Source: an uncultured Candidatus Binatia bacterium
Lineage (GTDB): Bacteria > Desulfobacterota > Binatia > Bin18
Direction: 5' to 3'
DNA: 64,000 bases
NCBI GenBank assembly: GCA_965200355.1
Contig: OZ241351.1
Location: 2,982,735-3,046,734 of the forward strand
Shown: piece after piece, positions 55,041 through 64,000 of the stretch
How positions within the stretch are numbered: position 1 is the first letter of the stretch
Layout: each line of letters opens with the position of its first letter
Made by a program: the position numbers and the translations under genes
Notes under the pieces: generated by a model
What the model saw: the letters and a program-made list of their open reading frames with translations, nothing else
Told to the model about the DNA's origin: nothing
The model's database searches: none

Positions 55041-55913
55041 CTATCTCTGTGCGGCCTTGTCCCAGGCTTCTTTCAACGCCCGTTGTGTCAGCACCTTGAC
55101 CATTCTCCGTCGATAATCCGCAGACCCGTGGACGTCCCCGGATGGATCGACCGCGGCCGCGGCTTTCTCGGCAACGGCAGTCATGACCGCGGCCTCGCCC
55201 TGACTCCCGATGATGAGCGGTTCGACTGCGGCAACATGGAGGGGGGTGGAATGCGCTCCCCCGACAGCCACAGACGCCGCCGAGCACGTTCCGCCCTCGT
55301 CCAGCGTCAACTGACACGCAATAGCCACGATGGCGAAATCTCCCGGCCGACGGCACAATTCCTGGAAGCCCCAGACCGCTCCAGCAGGAGCGACCGGGAA
55401 ACGGACCTCGCATAGGATTTCATTGGGCTCAATCGCGGTCATGAGGGGGGCAAGAAAAAACTCACGCGCGCTGAGTGTACGGGAGTTGCTCTGGGAACGG
55501 AGTATGAGCTGGGCATTGAGCACCGCGGCAACGAGCGGCCATTCGGCCGCGGGATCAGCATGGACCAGACTCCCCCCAATGGTTCCCCGGTTTCGTATCG
55601 CCAAGTGGCCGACCTCGGCCGCAGCCCGACAGAGTAAAGGCTGGGCGGCCCGAATCGCATTGGACACCTCAATCTGCCTATGCCGCGTCATGGCACCAAT
55701 GCACAGGGTGTCCTTGTCCCGCCGGATATAGGCGAGATCAGCCAGGCGGTTCAGATCGACGATAGCCTCAACCGCGGCCATGCGCAGGTTGAGCAGCGGC
55801 ACAAAGCTCTGCCCACCGGCCAGGACTTTGGCCTCATCTCCACCCGCCTGCAGCAGGGCCAGGGCTTCATCAACAGAGCCGGGGCGCGCATATTTGAATG
55901 GTGCTGGTTTCAT
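55041..55913 (-). CDS. FAD-binding medium subunit (CoxM-like)
   Basis: MKPAPFKYARPGSVDEALALL...LAGGQSFVPLLNLR...RNRGTIGGSL. Confidence 0.85.
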   Translation of the reverse strand: MKPAPFKYARPGSVDEALALLQAGGDEAKVLAGGQSFVPLLNLRMAAVEAIVDLNRLADLAYIRRDKDTLCIGAMTRHRQIEVSNAIRAAQPLLCRAAAEVGHLAIRNRGTIGGSLVHADPAAEWPLVAAVLNAQLILRSQSNSRTLSAREFFLAPLMTAIEPNEILCEVRFPVAPAGAVWGFQELCRRPGDFAIVAIACQLTLDEGGTCSAASVAVGGAHSTPLHVAAVEPLIIGSQGEAAVMTAVAEKAAAAVDPSGDVHGSADYRRRMVKVLTQRALKEAWDKAAQR

Positions 55914-56019
55914 ACCCTCCAGCTAACAGGTTTCAAATAGCAGAGCAAATCATATGGGGGGGGATTGCGCTGGTGGGTCCGCGTTATTTTGGCTACAACA
56001 TCAACGAGGAAGACTAACG

Positions 56020-56187
56020 ATGAAAACATGTGCTGTCCTCAAATCACCCATTCCTGTTATCTTCGCTGTGACCCTATGCGTGCTTTACCCGGCTTCTGTC
56101 TATCCCATAGGGATTGGGACTGGAGTTGGAGGGCTGGGGACGGGGAAGCCGGGCGCAAGTGACGAGAGTTCGCGCTTCCCCATATAA
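56020..56187 (+). CDS. Possible 55-aa signal-peptide plus Gly-rich ORF
   Basis: GAGGAAG upstream of the ATG. MKTCAVLKSPIPVIFAVTLCVLYPASVYPIGIGTGVGGLGTGKPGASDESSRFPI. Overlaps the next ORF in another frame. Confidence 0.3.
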   Translation: MKTCAVLKSPIPVIFAVTLCVLYPASVYPIGIGTGVGGLGTGKPGASDESSRFPI

Positions 56188-56215
56188 GGTCAGACTGGAA
56201 GGATTCCTCCGCTAC

Positions 56216-56635
56216 ATGCCGGCGGTCAGCCAGCGACCTGAGCTCGATGTCGTCACCTTGGGGATTGCCTGCTATGGCGAACGGTATCCGTTTGTTCTGG
56301 TCGCCATTGAAGCCGTGGACTTACCCCGGCTCACCCCCCGCCGGTTACTCAAAATTGTCAAAAAGTGGCAACTCAATTTCGATATCGTTGGCCCAGAGAA
56401 TCTGCTGTCTGAAGTAGCCCAGGCTCTCCCTGGAACGCCGTTAACCATTGTGGGCTTCTTAACTCCGCGCCAGAGAAAATTTCAGCTTTGGAGTGTCGAG
56501 GGGTTTGGGTTTGATATGCCTACCAGTGAGACACAAGCCGAATTGCTGCTGAAGAAGGAACCCGCGTCACCACCCGTTGAAAGCGGTACAAAAGAGGACC
56601 AGAACGACCACGACGGGATTCTCCCGTTCAACTGA
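56216..56635 (+). CDS. Hypothetical protein (start uncertain; frame is open from 56114)
   Basis: ORF with no recognised family. First in-frame internal ATG at 56216. Confidence 0.4.
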   Translation: MPAVSQRPELDVVTLGIACYGERYPFVLVAIEAVDLPRLTPRRLLKIVKKWQLNFDIVGPENLLSEVAQALPGTPLTIVGFLTPRQRKFQLWSVEGFGFDMPTSETQAELLLKKEPASPPVESGTKEDQNDHDGILPFN

Positions 56636-56711
56636 AAACCGCTCAGTATTTCGCCCCGTTGAAAATGTCCATTTTAGGCAAATGGTTAGTAAAATCCCTC
56701 GGAACTAAATT

Positions 56712-56731
56712 TTTTGACTATAGTCATATAT
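56712..56731. repeat. TTTTGACTATAGTCATATAT element with 12-bp perfect palindrome TGACTATAGTCA
   Basis: Palindrome at 56715-56726. 18/20 identical to 15977-15996. Lies in an AT-rich spacer. Confidence 0.8.
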
Positions 56732-56882
56732 TTCTTTTACCTCCTGTTACGGCGCCAAATCCATACTAGAACCGGCCTGCTGTGCCAAGAGCAGGCAATA
56801 ACCGATCACCGCGCCTGCCTGCTGACGCGCTGGATTGATCCCGCGAATTTTTTTGAGGGGTGAAGGGACAAGATTCTTTCTC

Positions 56883-57356
56883 TTAGCGACCTGTAGACGG
56901 CTTTTCCAAGCGGCGACGGCGGGCGGCCAGGAGCGACGCAAATGCTGCCCTGATCTCAGGGTTTTCGATAGAGGGGGGGGAGACCTCGCGAAACGGTGGC
57001 AGGGTCCGTTGCAGAGGGGAGCTTGTCACGACGGCCTCCGGTCGTAGTGGCCCCCGTCCAAAATAGATGTGGGTGATAATTTCTGCACCAATATGGTGAT
57101 TCAGTCGGCGGCGGATACGCTCTTTCACAAACTGTAATTCTTGCATCAGAGCGGGATGAAAGACGGTCACGAAAAGTTTTCCATGCCGAAACCTCGTCGG
57201 CTGCGCCTTTTTTGCGTTGGCCGGACCGACAACCTCAGGCCACACGTCCCAGGCTCGATACACCCGCAGTTTTTCAGGTTCAACACTGTCAGGAAAAACT
57301 GTTCGCAAGACCCCAGCAACGGAACTCCAGTGCGCATTCTTGGTTTGGCTTCTCAT
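56883..57356 (-). CDS. DUF721 / DciA-like protein
   Basis: LRVYRAWDVWPEVVGPANAKKAQPTRFRHGKLFVTVFHPALMQELQF matches the DUF721 pattern. Confidence 0.65.
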   Translation of the reverse strand: MRSQTKNAHWSSVAGVLRTVFPDSVEPEKLRVYRAWDVWPEVVGPANAKKAQPTRFRHGKLFVTVFHPALMQELQFVKERIRRRLNHHIGAEIITHIYFGRGPLRPEAVVTSSPLQRTLPPFREVSPPSIENPEIRAAFASLLAARRRRLEKPSTGR

Positions 57357-57440
57357 CTTGAGACCAGGATAGAGGAAACCCAGCGAAAACAGAAGAGATT
57401 TTGCGACCTACAATTTCTTGGGCCATCAGAACTTGACAAT

Positions 57441-57456
57441 ACAATATATAGTATGT
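57441..57456. promoter_or_regulatory. Possible single NrdR box upstream of nrdJ
   Basis: ACAATATATAGTATGT matches 13/16 positions of the acaCwAtATaTwGtgt consensus as I recall it. TTGACA lies at 57433-57438. No convincing second box. Confidence 0.25.
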
Positions 57457-57507
57457 AGTTCAGCTTCTCGTTCGTTACATTCTGTTTTATGGGAAGAGGA
57501 GGAAGCC

Positions 57508-60324
57508 ATGGCGATAAGAACGAGGGGGGTGCGGAGAAGAGAGCAGGAAGAGGATGAACCTATGGCAGAACACTCTAGACATCAAGCCACCCAGAAAAAC
57601 ACAGGTCTCACAATCCCCCGGTATTTCACTCAGCCGAATGTCGATCCATTTGATGTGATCGAATGGGAACAGCGGAATGCGGTAATATCCGGCGAAAACG
57701 GCGAGGTCGTGTTCGAGCAGCACGCGGTCGATATCCCGAAATCCTGGTCCCAGCTTGCAACTAACGTCGTCGTCTCAAAATACTTTCGTGGTCAGCTTGG
57801 AACTGATAGGCGTGAATATAGCGTCCGCCAAATGATCAGCCGCGTCGTCAAGACCTTAAAAACCTGGGGAGAGCACGGCCAGTATTTTGCGACCCCAGAC
57901 GACGCCCAGACTTTTTCAGACGAGCTTACCCATTTACTCGTCCAGCAGAAATTGGCCTTTAACAGCCCCGTCTGGTTCAACGTCGGCGTTGAGCCTCATC
58001 CGCAATGTTCCGCCTGTTTCATCCTATCCGTCAACGATACCATGGACTCCATCTTAGATTGGTATCGCAAAGAAGGCGTAATTTTTAAGGGCGGCTCAGG
58101 GTCGGGGGTCAATCTCTCTGCCATCCGCTCCTCAAAAGAGCACTTAAATGGTGGAGGAACCGCCTCAGGGCCAGTTTCCTTTATGCGAGCCGCCGATGCC
58201 TCCGCTGGGGTCATTAAATCCGGCGGAAAAACGCGCCGGGCCGCAAAAATGGTCGTATTAGATGTAGATCATCCAGACATCCTCGAATTTATTGAATGTA
58301 AAGCCGCTGAAGAGAAAAAAGCCTGGACTCTAATTGAAGCCGGGTATGACAGTTCCATTGACGGAGATGCCTATAGCTCTATTTTCTTTCAGAATGCGAA
58401 TAATTCCGTCCGAGCGACCGATGAATTCATGCAAGCCGTGGTCAATAAGGATGCGTGGCAGACCCAGTTTGTCTTAAATGCCGGGCCGTGCACCTCGTAT
58501 CAAGCGCACGATATTATGCGTAGAATTGCATCCGCTACCCATCATTGTGGCGACCCAGGAATGCAGTTCGACACCACCATTAACGACTGGCACACCTGTC
58601 CAAATAGCGGTCGGATTAACGCCTCAAACCCCTGCTCAGAATATATGCACCTTGATGACAGCGCCTGTAATTTGGCGTCTCTTAACCTGCTCACCTTTCT
58701 CAAAGACGACGGGAGTTTCGACACCCCGGCGTTCAAGCACGCTGTCGATATATCTATCTTAGCCCAGGATATTATTGTTGATAATTCAAGCTATCCAACA
58801 CAAGAGATCACCACTAACGCCAAGGCATTTCGTCAACTCGGTCTCGGCTATGCCAATCTTGGTGCCCTTCTGATGTCCCTCGGTCTGCCCTATGACTCCG
58901 AAGCCGGACGCCAGTATGCCGGAGCCATCACCGCACTTATGACCGGTCAAGCCTATCTCCAGTCCGCGCGTCTCGCCGAAGAGATCGGCCCGTTTGCTGG
59001 CTATGCGGAAAATAAGACTCCTATGCTGCACGTCATCGATAAGCACCGGTCTCATGCTCATAAATTAAAGCCCTCTCTTGTTTCATTAGACCTTTTATCT
59101 GAGTCAAGAAAGGTTTGGGATGAGGCTTTGTCTTTAGGCAAAGAAGTTGGCTACCGCAATTCGCAAGCGACTGTCTTAGCCCCTACTGGCACCATTGCCT
59201 TTATGATGGATTGTGACACCACCGGCGTGGAACCGGATATCGCCCTCGTCAAATACAAACGCCTGGTCGGTGGCGGAATGCTCAAGATCGTAAACAATAC
59301 CGTCCCCCGCTCTCTCAAACGACTCGGCTACGATAGTAAAGAGATACAGTCTATTGTCTCCCACATCGACGGGCACGAAACGATAGAAGGGGCTCCGTAT
59401 TTACGCGACGAACACCTGAGCGTCTTTGACTGCGCCTTTAAGCCGGCGCATGGAAGTCGGGCGATTCATCATCTAGGCCATCTCCGCATGATGGGCGCAG
59501 TCCAGCCTTTTATCTCCGGGGCCATTTCAAAAACCATCAACATGCCCAACGATGCCACCGTCGAAGACATCACCCATGCCTACATTGAGGCATGGAGACT
59601 CGGCCTCAAGGCCGTCGCAATCTATCGGGATGGTTGCAAGCGGGTACAGCCATTAGGCACGCAGAAGCAAGAAGCTGAGCAAGAAGCCGAGCCCAAACCC
59701 GTGCGCCGACATTTACCAGAAGACCGGAGCGCCATTTGTCACAAATTCGAGATTGCCGGGCATGAAGGCTATATTCACATCGGCTTTTATGAAGACGGAA
59801 CCCCAGGCGAAATGTTCATCCGAATGGCAAAAGAAGGCAGCACGATCTCCGGCTTAATGGACACGATTGCAACCCTGACCTCAGTCGCCTTACAGTATGG
59901 AGTTCCACTTGAAGCCTTAGTCTCTAAATTCAGCCACGTCCGATTCGAGCCCTCTGGCTTCACGCGGAACCCCGATATTCCGTTTGCGAAATCCTTAACC
60001 GACTACATCTTCCGTTTTCTGGGCACCCGCTTCCTGTCCACCGAACAGAAGCAAGGCGCTGGATTAACCGAGACGTCGCCTGACCCTCTCCTGACTGCGC
60101 CTCACACTCCACCGCCTGTCGCCTCAGTTACACCCGTCGCAGAGACGATACAGGCGGCTATGGATGAGCCTCTCCAACGCCCACCTGTTGACCCCGCCTA
60201 TACCCGTCCAACTTGGCAGACCCAAGCCGACGCGCCAAGTTGTGCGGACTGCGGCTCCATCATGATCCGCAATGGTTCCTGCTATAAATGCTTGGATTGT
60301 GGTTCAACCAGCGGCTGTTCGTAG
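57508..60324 (+). CDS. nrdJ: Class II (adenosylcobalamin-dependent) ribonucleotide reductase
   Basis: GAGGAGGAAG upstream of ATG 57508. SPVWFNVG, CSACFIL, GGSGSGVNLSAIR, NPCSEY. C-terminal Cys-rich tail CADCGS...CYKCLDCG. Confidence 0.85.
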   Translation: MAIRTRGVRRREQEEDEPMAEHSRHQATQKNTGLTIPRYFTQPNVDPFDVIEWEQRNAVISGENGEVVFEQHAVDIPKSWSQLATNVVVSKYFRGQLGTDRREYSVRQMISRVVKTLKTWGEHGQYFATPDDAQTFSDELTHLLVQQKLAFNSPVWFNVGVEPHPQCSACFILSVNDTMDSILDWYRKEGVIFKGGSGSGVNLSAIRSSKEHLNGGGTASGPVSFMRAADASAGVIKSGGKTRRAAKMVVLDVDHPDILEFIECKAAEEKKAWTLIEAGYDSSIDGDAYSSIFFQNANNSVRATDEFMQAVVNKDAWQTQFVLNAGPCTSYQAHDIMRRIASATHHCGDPGMQFDTTINDWHTCPNSGRINASNPCSEYMHLDDSACNLASLNLLTFLKDDGSFDTPAFKHAVDISILAQDIIVDNSSYPTQEITTNAKAFRQLGLGYANLGALLMSLGLPYDSEAGRQYAGAITALMTGQAYLQSARLAEEIGPFAGYAENKTPMLHVIDKHRSHAHKLKPSLVSLDLLSESRKVWDEALSLGKEVGYRNSQATVLAPTGTIAFMMDCDTTGVEPDIALVKYKRLVGGGMLKIVNNTVPRSLKRLGYDSKEIQSIVSHIDGHETIEGAPYLRDEHLSVFDCAFKPAHGSRAIHHLGHLRMMGAVQPFISGAISKTINMPNDATVEDITHAYIEAWRLGLKAVAIYRDGCKRVQPLGTQKQEAEQEAEPKPVRRHLPEDRSAICHKFEIAGHEGYIHIGFYEDGTPGEMFIRMAKEGSTISGLMDTIATLTSVALQYGVPLEALVSKFSHVRFEPSGFTRNPDIPFAKSLTDYIFRFLGTRFLSTEQKQGAGLTETSPDPLLTAPHTPPPVASVTPVAETIQAAMDEPLQRPPVDPAYTRPTWQTQADAPSCADCGSIMIRNGSCYKCLDCGSTSGCS

Positions 60325-60365
60325 CCGCTGGGCGGCAAGAAATGGGGCGATTTTCTGAGTAGGTA

Positions 60366-60596
60366 TTAATTGCTCAGCGTAACCGGCATGGGGATAGGAT
60401 AGGCATACGATATGCCATAAATCAGATGCGGACCCGCAGACTTTGCCATTTTCAGCTCTTTGGGTTTGGTCCGCGGGGAGACGTGTAAGACAAAACCGTT
60501 TTTTGCCGTCAAAAGACGCGGCTGTTTGCGCAATGGCTTTTCTGGAGACTGCATGGTGTGAGCGGTTTCTTGAGGTGAGGCGGGCTTAGTGGCCAA
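60366..60596 (-). CDS. Hypothetical basic 76-aa protein
   Basis: ORF whose ATG overlaps the stop of the upstream small ORF by 11 nt. Confidence 0.35.
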   Translation of the reverse strand: MATKPASPQETAHTMQSPEKPLRKQPRLLTAKNGFVLHVSPRTKPKELKMAKSAGPHLIYGISYAYPIPMPVTLSN

Positions 60597-60849
60597 TTTC
60601 TTTGACTATTCCCTGGGAGCCATTTTCCTCGGCCTGATCAAGTAAATAACTGAGCTCCCGTAGCCCTTCATTCATATGGTAGGCTACGGATAAAAGCGAA
60701 CCGTAGGTATCCTCGTCTGGATCATACAATTTGAGGTGATCGTTGATGACACACAGGAGTTCTCGCATCCGTTCTTCGGCATGTATGAGATTTTCACAGG
60801 GTGCCATCGTCCCTTCCGCCTCATTGAGGAGTGTTCCCATAGGGCGCAT
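60586..60849 (-). CDS. Hypothetical acidic helical protein (start possibly ATG 60807)
   Basis: ORF with GAAGGGA before the third ATG (MAPCENLIH). Confidence 0.35.
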   Translation of the reverse strand: MRPMGTLLNEAEGTMAPCENLIHAEERMRELLCVINDHLKLYDPDEDTYGSLLSVAYHMNEGLRELSYLLDQAEENGSQGIVKEIGH

Positions 60850-61002
60850 TATAGCCGACCCGCTGCGTATCGCCTAGTAGGAGGCAGGTTTCCCTGTTCG
60901 TCACGCAGTGGTCTTGACTCGGAGGAAAGAAAAGAGTTCTGATGCTGTCGATAATGGAGAGTCAGTGAGATTGACATACGAGTCAGGCATATTGGAGGCG
61001 TT

Positions 61003-61788
61003 GTGAGACATATGTATACGGGTCTATTGGCCCTCGTTGTCAGCTTCAGCACGGTTGGGACACTCGCGGCCAATCCTCAAAACCATATTGACAACGGCCG
61101 TGAATTTGAGAGCGAGATGCGCTGGGGTGAGGCTATGGCCGAATACCATTGGATTCTCACCGAAATTGACCCCAACCATGTGGAGGCCCACTATCGTCTC
61201 GGCGTTGTGCGCGAAAAAGTTGGCGCAATAGAAGACGCCATTCAATCCTATACAACCGTCCTGCAACTCAACCCCGGCCACCCTGGGGCGAAGAGTTTTC
61301 TTGAGGGGTATTATGTGAATGAGGGGATTGCGTTTCGTCGAGAACAGCAATTTGACAAGGCGCAGGCCGCATTCCAACAGGCCCTCAGGATTAACGCCTC
61401 ATCGGCGGCCGCCCATTTTGAGTTAGGTCAGGAACTCGCGCGCCAAGGGCAGCTTGACCGAGCAATACAAGAATATCAGGAATCGATTCGACTCGACCCA
61501 GATAAGAGTACCGCCCATACACGCCTTGCCGCGGCATATACAGAAAAAGGGCAGTACGAACAGGCGATTGAGGCGTACCAAGCGGTGATTAAAAAGCACC
61601 CCCGAGACCCGGCCGCCCACGATGGGCTCGGTGTGGCGTACAGTAAAACTGGGCAGCGGGAGAAAGCCATCGAGACACTCGGACAGGCCGTTCGGTTTTA
61701 TCTCGTCCGCGGGGAGCGCGAACAGGCCAGGCCAGCCTATGAGCTCCAAAAGAAATTGTTAGCGGAAAAGACTTCAGGGCAACCGTAA
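61003..61788 (+). CDS. Secreted TPR-repeat protein
   Basis: Signal peptide LLALVVSFSTVGTLAA. Successive TPR units (AHYRLGVV, AHFELGQEL, AHTRLAAAY, AHDGLGVAY). Confidence 0.7.
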   Translation: MRHMYTGLLALVVSFSTVGTLAANPQNHIDNGREFESEMRWGEAMAEYHWILTEIDPNHVEAHYRLGVVREKVGAIEDAIQSYTTVLQLNPGHPGAKSFLEGYYVNEGIAFRREQQFDKAQAAFQQALRINASSAAAHFELGQELARQGQLDRAIQEYQESIRLDPDKSTAHTRLAAAYTEKGQYEQAIEAYQAVIKKHPRDPAAHDGLGVAYSKTGQREKAIETLGQAVRFYLVRGEREQARPAYELQKKLLAEKTSGQP

Positions 61789-61806
61789 GAGACCGAACAG
61801 TTGCCT

Positions 61807-62574
61807 TCACCTCGACAGGTCCATCCCGTCCAGCTTTGAGAAGAATGCCTGGCATAAGCGCGAGAGCGTGGCGGCAGCCTGCTTGCGGCAGTGTTGGAGC
61901 CGGACGAGAAACGGCAGATGGTGCGGATGGACCGCGATATGGGCCAGGGCTTTGGAGAGTCGAATTTTTCCCTCTGCGGTCGTGACTCCCTTCATGGGCG
62001 GAATGACCATATCAACCGCATCAAGGATAACGCGCAGGACGAAAAACGGCAGCGCACGCTCCGCGGCAAAGGCCGCATGCACGCCACTTTCCATCTCAAC
62101 GGCAATACAACCCGTCTCTCGTCCACACTGTTCTTTTTCCTGCGGAGTAAAGAGGACACGGGGACTCGTGACGATTCCCCCTTCCATCGTTTCAACGCCG
62201 GCCTGTCGGGCAGCCTGCTGAGCAGCGCTGAGCAGGCGACCATCGACGCCAAAAGTATTGAGCCGCCCTTCCGCCTCTTCAGTAGCATACATATGCAAGG
62301 CTGGGGCCAGCACAAGCTGGCCGGTAGTGAGTCCTGGAATTAACGCCCCAGCGCAGCCAATAGAGAGCACGGCTGAAAGCGGGCGGTCCGTAAATTCTTT
62401 AACCGCCTGACGAGCCCGACGCGGACCTATTCCCCCGGTCACAACGAGAACATCATGGCCTCCGCTTGAGCCGCGCCAGACCCCTTCTCGCTCGCGTCGG
62501 ACTTGCCGCAACACCGAACGCACTGCCGCGCTTTCCCAGGCAAGGGCGGTAAAGACAATAATAGGTCGCGCCAT
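61807..62574 (-). CDS. hpnG: Hopanoid-associated phosphorylase (PNP/UDP family, HpnG-like)
   Basis: IVFTALAWESAAVRS...VVTGGIGPRRA...SIGCAGAL...EMES. Context with hpnB and hpnA. Confidence 0.55.
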   Translation of the reverse strand: MARPIIVFTALAWESAAVRSVLRQVRREREGVWRGSSGGHDVLVVTGGIGPRRARQAVKEFTDRPLSAVLSIGCAGALIPGLTTGQLVLAPALHMYATEEAEGRLNTFGVDGRLLSAAQQAARQAGVETMEGGIVTSPRVLFTPQEKEQCGRETGCIAVEMESGVHAAFAAERALPFFVLRVILDAVDMVIPPMKGVTTAEGKIRLSKALAHIAVHPHHLPFLVRLQHCRKQAAATLSRLCQAFFSKLDGMDLSR

Positions 62575-62604
62575 GCTCCCCCTTGTCCAAACGCATTGCG
62601 TGAC

Positions 62605-63813
62605 CTAACGCCAGTCAACGCGTCTTTGCTGTAAATGGCGGAATGCCGAATCAAGGGTCATCGCTTCATACAGTATTGCAGCCAACGGCAAGCTGAAGAC
62701 CCAGACCCAGGACAAATCAAAAAAACGAACGCCAGGCAGATACACGGTCGTCATCAGCCCCCAGGCGACCCCGCCTTTGAGCATGAAAAGCAGGGCCAGC
62801 CGTGCCGAAGCTTCAACATCAACAATTACGGGCAGGCCGAGTAATACGAGGCCATACAGAAAAAAAACCGGGGGGAGGAAAAACGCGACGGCCATACCGG
62901 CAACAGTGCCAATCAGCCGCAGCCAGGAATAATTCAGCTCAGTAAAGGCAGTCCGTCGGACCATACGCCAGATGCTGCCCAGCGTATCGTAGACACGCAG
63001 ACTTTTAACGTCCGTGCGGCTGAGGCAGAGTCGAATCGGGAGCCCGGCCTCCTGCACCAGCCGGCCAAGCGCCACATCATCTATAATCTGGTCCCGTAAA
63101 GCCTGAAATCCACCAATGCGGACAAGGGCCGGTGAGGAGAGCAAGACACAGCCACCGGCCGCTGCCGCGGTTGTTTTCCGGGGGTCATTTACCCAACGCG
63201 GGGGATAGAGCACGATAAAAAAGAAGACAAAGGGAGGGATAAGCAAGCGTTCGGCAAAGGAGAGACAACGCAGACGAGCCATGCGACTATTGAGCGCCAA
63301 CTGTCCAGCTTCGCTTTCTGTCACTAAGCGTCGGAGCGAATCGGGCGCATGCCAAATGTCGGCATCGGTCAGAAGAAGGTAGTCAGGAAGGCGCTTATTC
63401 GAGTCCGGTGCAAAGCCACACGCCACGGCCCCTTGCTGGAGCGCCCACACTTTGCCCACCCAGCCCGCGGGCAGGCTTGTCCCGGAAACAACCCGCAGAC
63501 GGTCCGTGGCCTTGACTTGCTCCGCGATTGCGGTGGCAACGCTCGCGGTCTGGTCGTGGGAGCGGTCATCAATGACGCTCACGGCAAATGGGCCTGGATA
63601 GTCTTGCTGCAAGAGTGAGGGCAGCGTCTGGCGCAGTACCGCGGCCTCGTTTCTGGCCGGGATTACAACCTGGACTGCCGGCCAGTGCCGCGGTTCAAGG
63701 GGCAAAACACAGTCCTCTCCAACCGGACGAAAATCCCACGGACGCGCCGGATGCAGTGCGATGCTGACCCAGATGAGCAGCGCAAGCGCCCCAAGGACGA
63801 GACAAAGTGCCAC
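62605..63813 (-). CDS. hpnB: Family-2 glycosyltransferase, HpnB-like
   Basis: VVIPARNEAAVL, SVIDDRSHDQT, LLTDADI. Multi-TM C-terminal half. Confidence 0.55.
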   Translation of the reverse strand: MALCLVLGALALLIWVSIALHPARPWDFRPVGEDCVLPLEPRHWPAVQVVIPARNEAAVLRQTLPSLLQQDYPGPFAVSVIDDRSHDQTASVATAIAEQVKATDRLRVVSGTSLPAGWVGKVWALQQGAVACGFAPDSNKRLPDYLLLTDADIWHAPDSLRRLVTESEAGQLALNSRMARLRCLSFAERLLIPPFVFFFIVLYPPRWVNDPRKTTAAAAGGCVLLSSPALVRIGGFQALRDQIIDDVALGRLVQEAGLPIRLCLSRTDVKSLRVYDTLGSIWRMVRRTAFTELNYSWLRLIGTVAGMAVAFFLPPVFFLYGLVLLGLPVIVDVEASARLALLFMLKGGVAWGLMTTVYLPGVRFFDLSWVWVFSLPLAAILYEAMTLDSAFRHLQQRRVDWR

Positions 63814-63845
63814 ACCTTTCTCCTAGAGGGCTGCGGGCGTCCCCT

Positions 63846-64000
63846 CTACCCTTTCACATAGCCGTGTGCGCGGAACCACGTAATGGCCTTACGCAGGGCT
63901 TCCCGCACGGGAGTTTGCGGTAAGCCTAATTCCCGTATGGCCTTGGCCGGACTGAAAAACATTTTTTTCTTACTCAGGCGGACGCCAACCGGAGGGGCGA
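63846..64000 (-). CDS. hpnA: NAD-dependent epimerase C-terminal end (HpnA-like), 5' part outside the window
   Basis: Minus-strand translation ...RLSKKKMFFSPAKAIRELGLPQTPVREALRKAITWFRAHGYVKG, then stop at 63846-63848. Frame is open to the window edge. Confidence 0.45.
   Translation of the reverse strand, partial: APPVGVRLSKKKMFFSPAKAIRELGLPQTPVREALRKAITWFRAHGYVKG

Noticed and set aside
57357-57507. Cobalamin riboswitch or tandem NrdR boxes upstream of nrdJ.
   Set aside because: The leader is only about 150 nt with no B12-box-like element that I can see. Only one moderately good NrdR-like palindrome is present, and the expected second box at about 31 bp spacing is absent.
1-64000. CRISPR arrays, rRNA genes, IS elements, transposases, integrases, prophage genes and known defence systems.
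   Set aside because: I found no regularly spaced direct repeats, no rRNA-like sequence, and no translation with transposase, integrase, Cas or restriction-enzyme hallmarks. The only exception is the short methyltransferase-like remnant at 16050-16226.

Overview
Moderately GC-rich bacterial chromosomal segment, densely coding on both strands. It is dominated by housekeeping and redox or energy metabolism, not by a mobile or defence island.

Recognisable content, in order:
- secA (3' part), argJ, an acyl-CoA dehydrogenase, gatCAB, a disrupted yraN and serS.
- A cytochrome b6-type bc-complex operon: TAT-Rieske protein, cytochrome b, subunit IV, an 8-haem membrane-anchored cytochrome c and a cupredoxin.
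- A MoxR/VWA pair followed by a DUF151 nuclease and a TPR protein, then an NRDE protein.
- An SDR / histidine kinase / DUF1571-like / LuxR-type regulator operon.
- A striking AT-rich intergenic island, a membrane metallophosphoesterase, and a tandem PTPS fusion with an SDR.
- tRNA-Ser(UGA), a secreted DUF151-PDZ protein and TrmI.
- Crotonase, CoA-transferase, Sir2, ACT, HIBADH-like and DAACS transporter genes.
- A tungsten-type aldehyde:ferredoxin oxidoreductase operon with a MoaD-like gene.
- Rhodanese, an esterase, a Rieske oxygenase with an EthD protein, glutathione reductase and a CoxSML-like molybdoenzyme.
- DciA, class II ribonucleotide reductase and hopanoid genes hpnG/hpnB/hpnA.

I saw no rRNA, CRISPR array, transposase, integrase or recognisable phage or defence gene.

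Most notable observations:
- A 25-bp imperfect tandem duplication frameshifts an enoyl-CoA hydratase gene.
- An in-frame TAA interrupts yraN.
- Two unannotated membrane mini-ORFs lie inside the bc operon, and its cytochrome c is modular (coiled coil, 3 haems, then 5 repeated class-I modules).
- An extremely AT-rich island carries AGTAATATATTACT-type palindromes and an inverted pair of DnaA-box-like 9-mers.
- A small family of GACTATAGTC palindromes sits in AT-rich spacers.
- An NPY/SPY-repeat secreted protein is embedded in the AOR operon.

I cannot point to a clear-cut novel multi-gene system; the candidates are flagged with modest interest scores. All family calls come from motif-level reading of the translations. 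No database search, HMM or folding computation was run.
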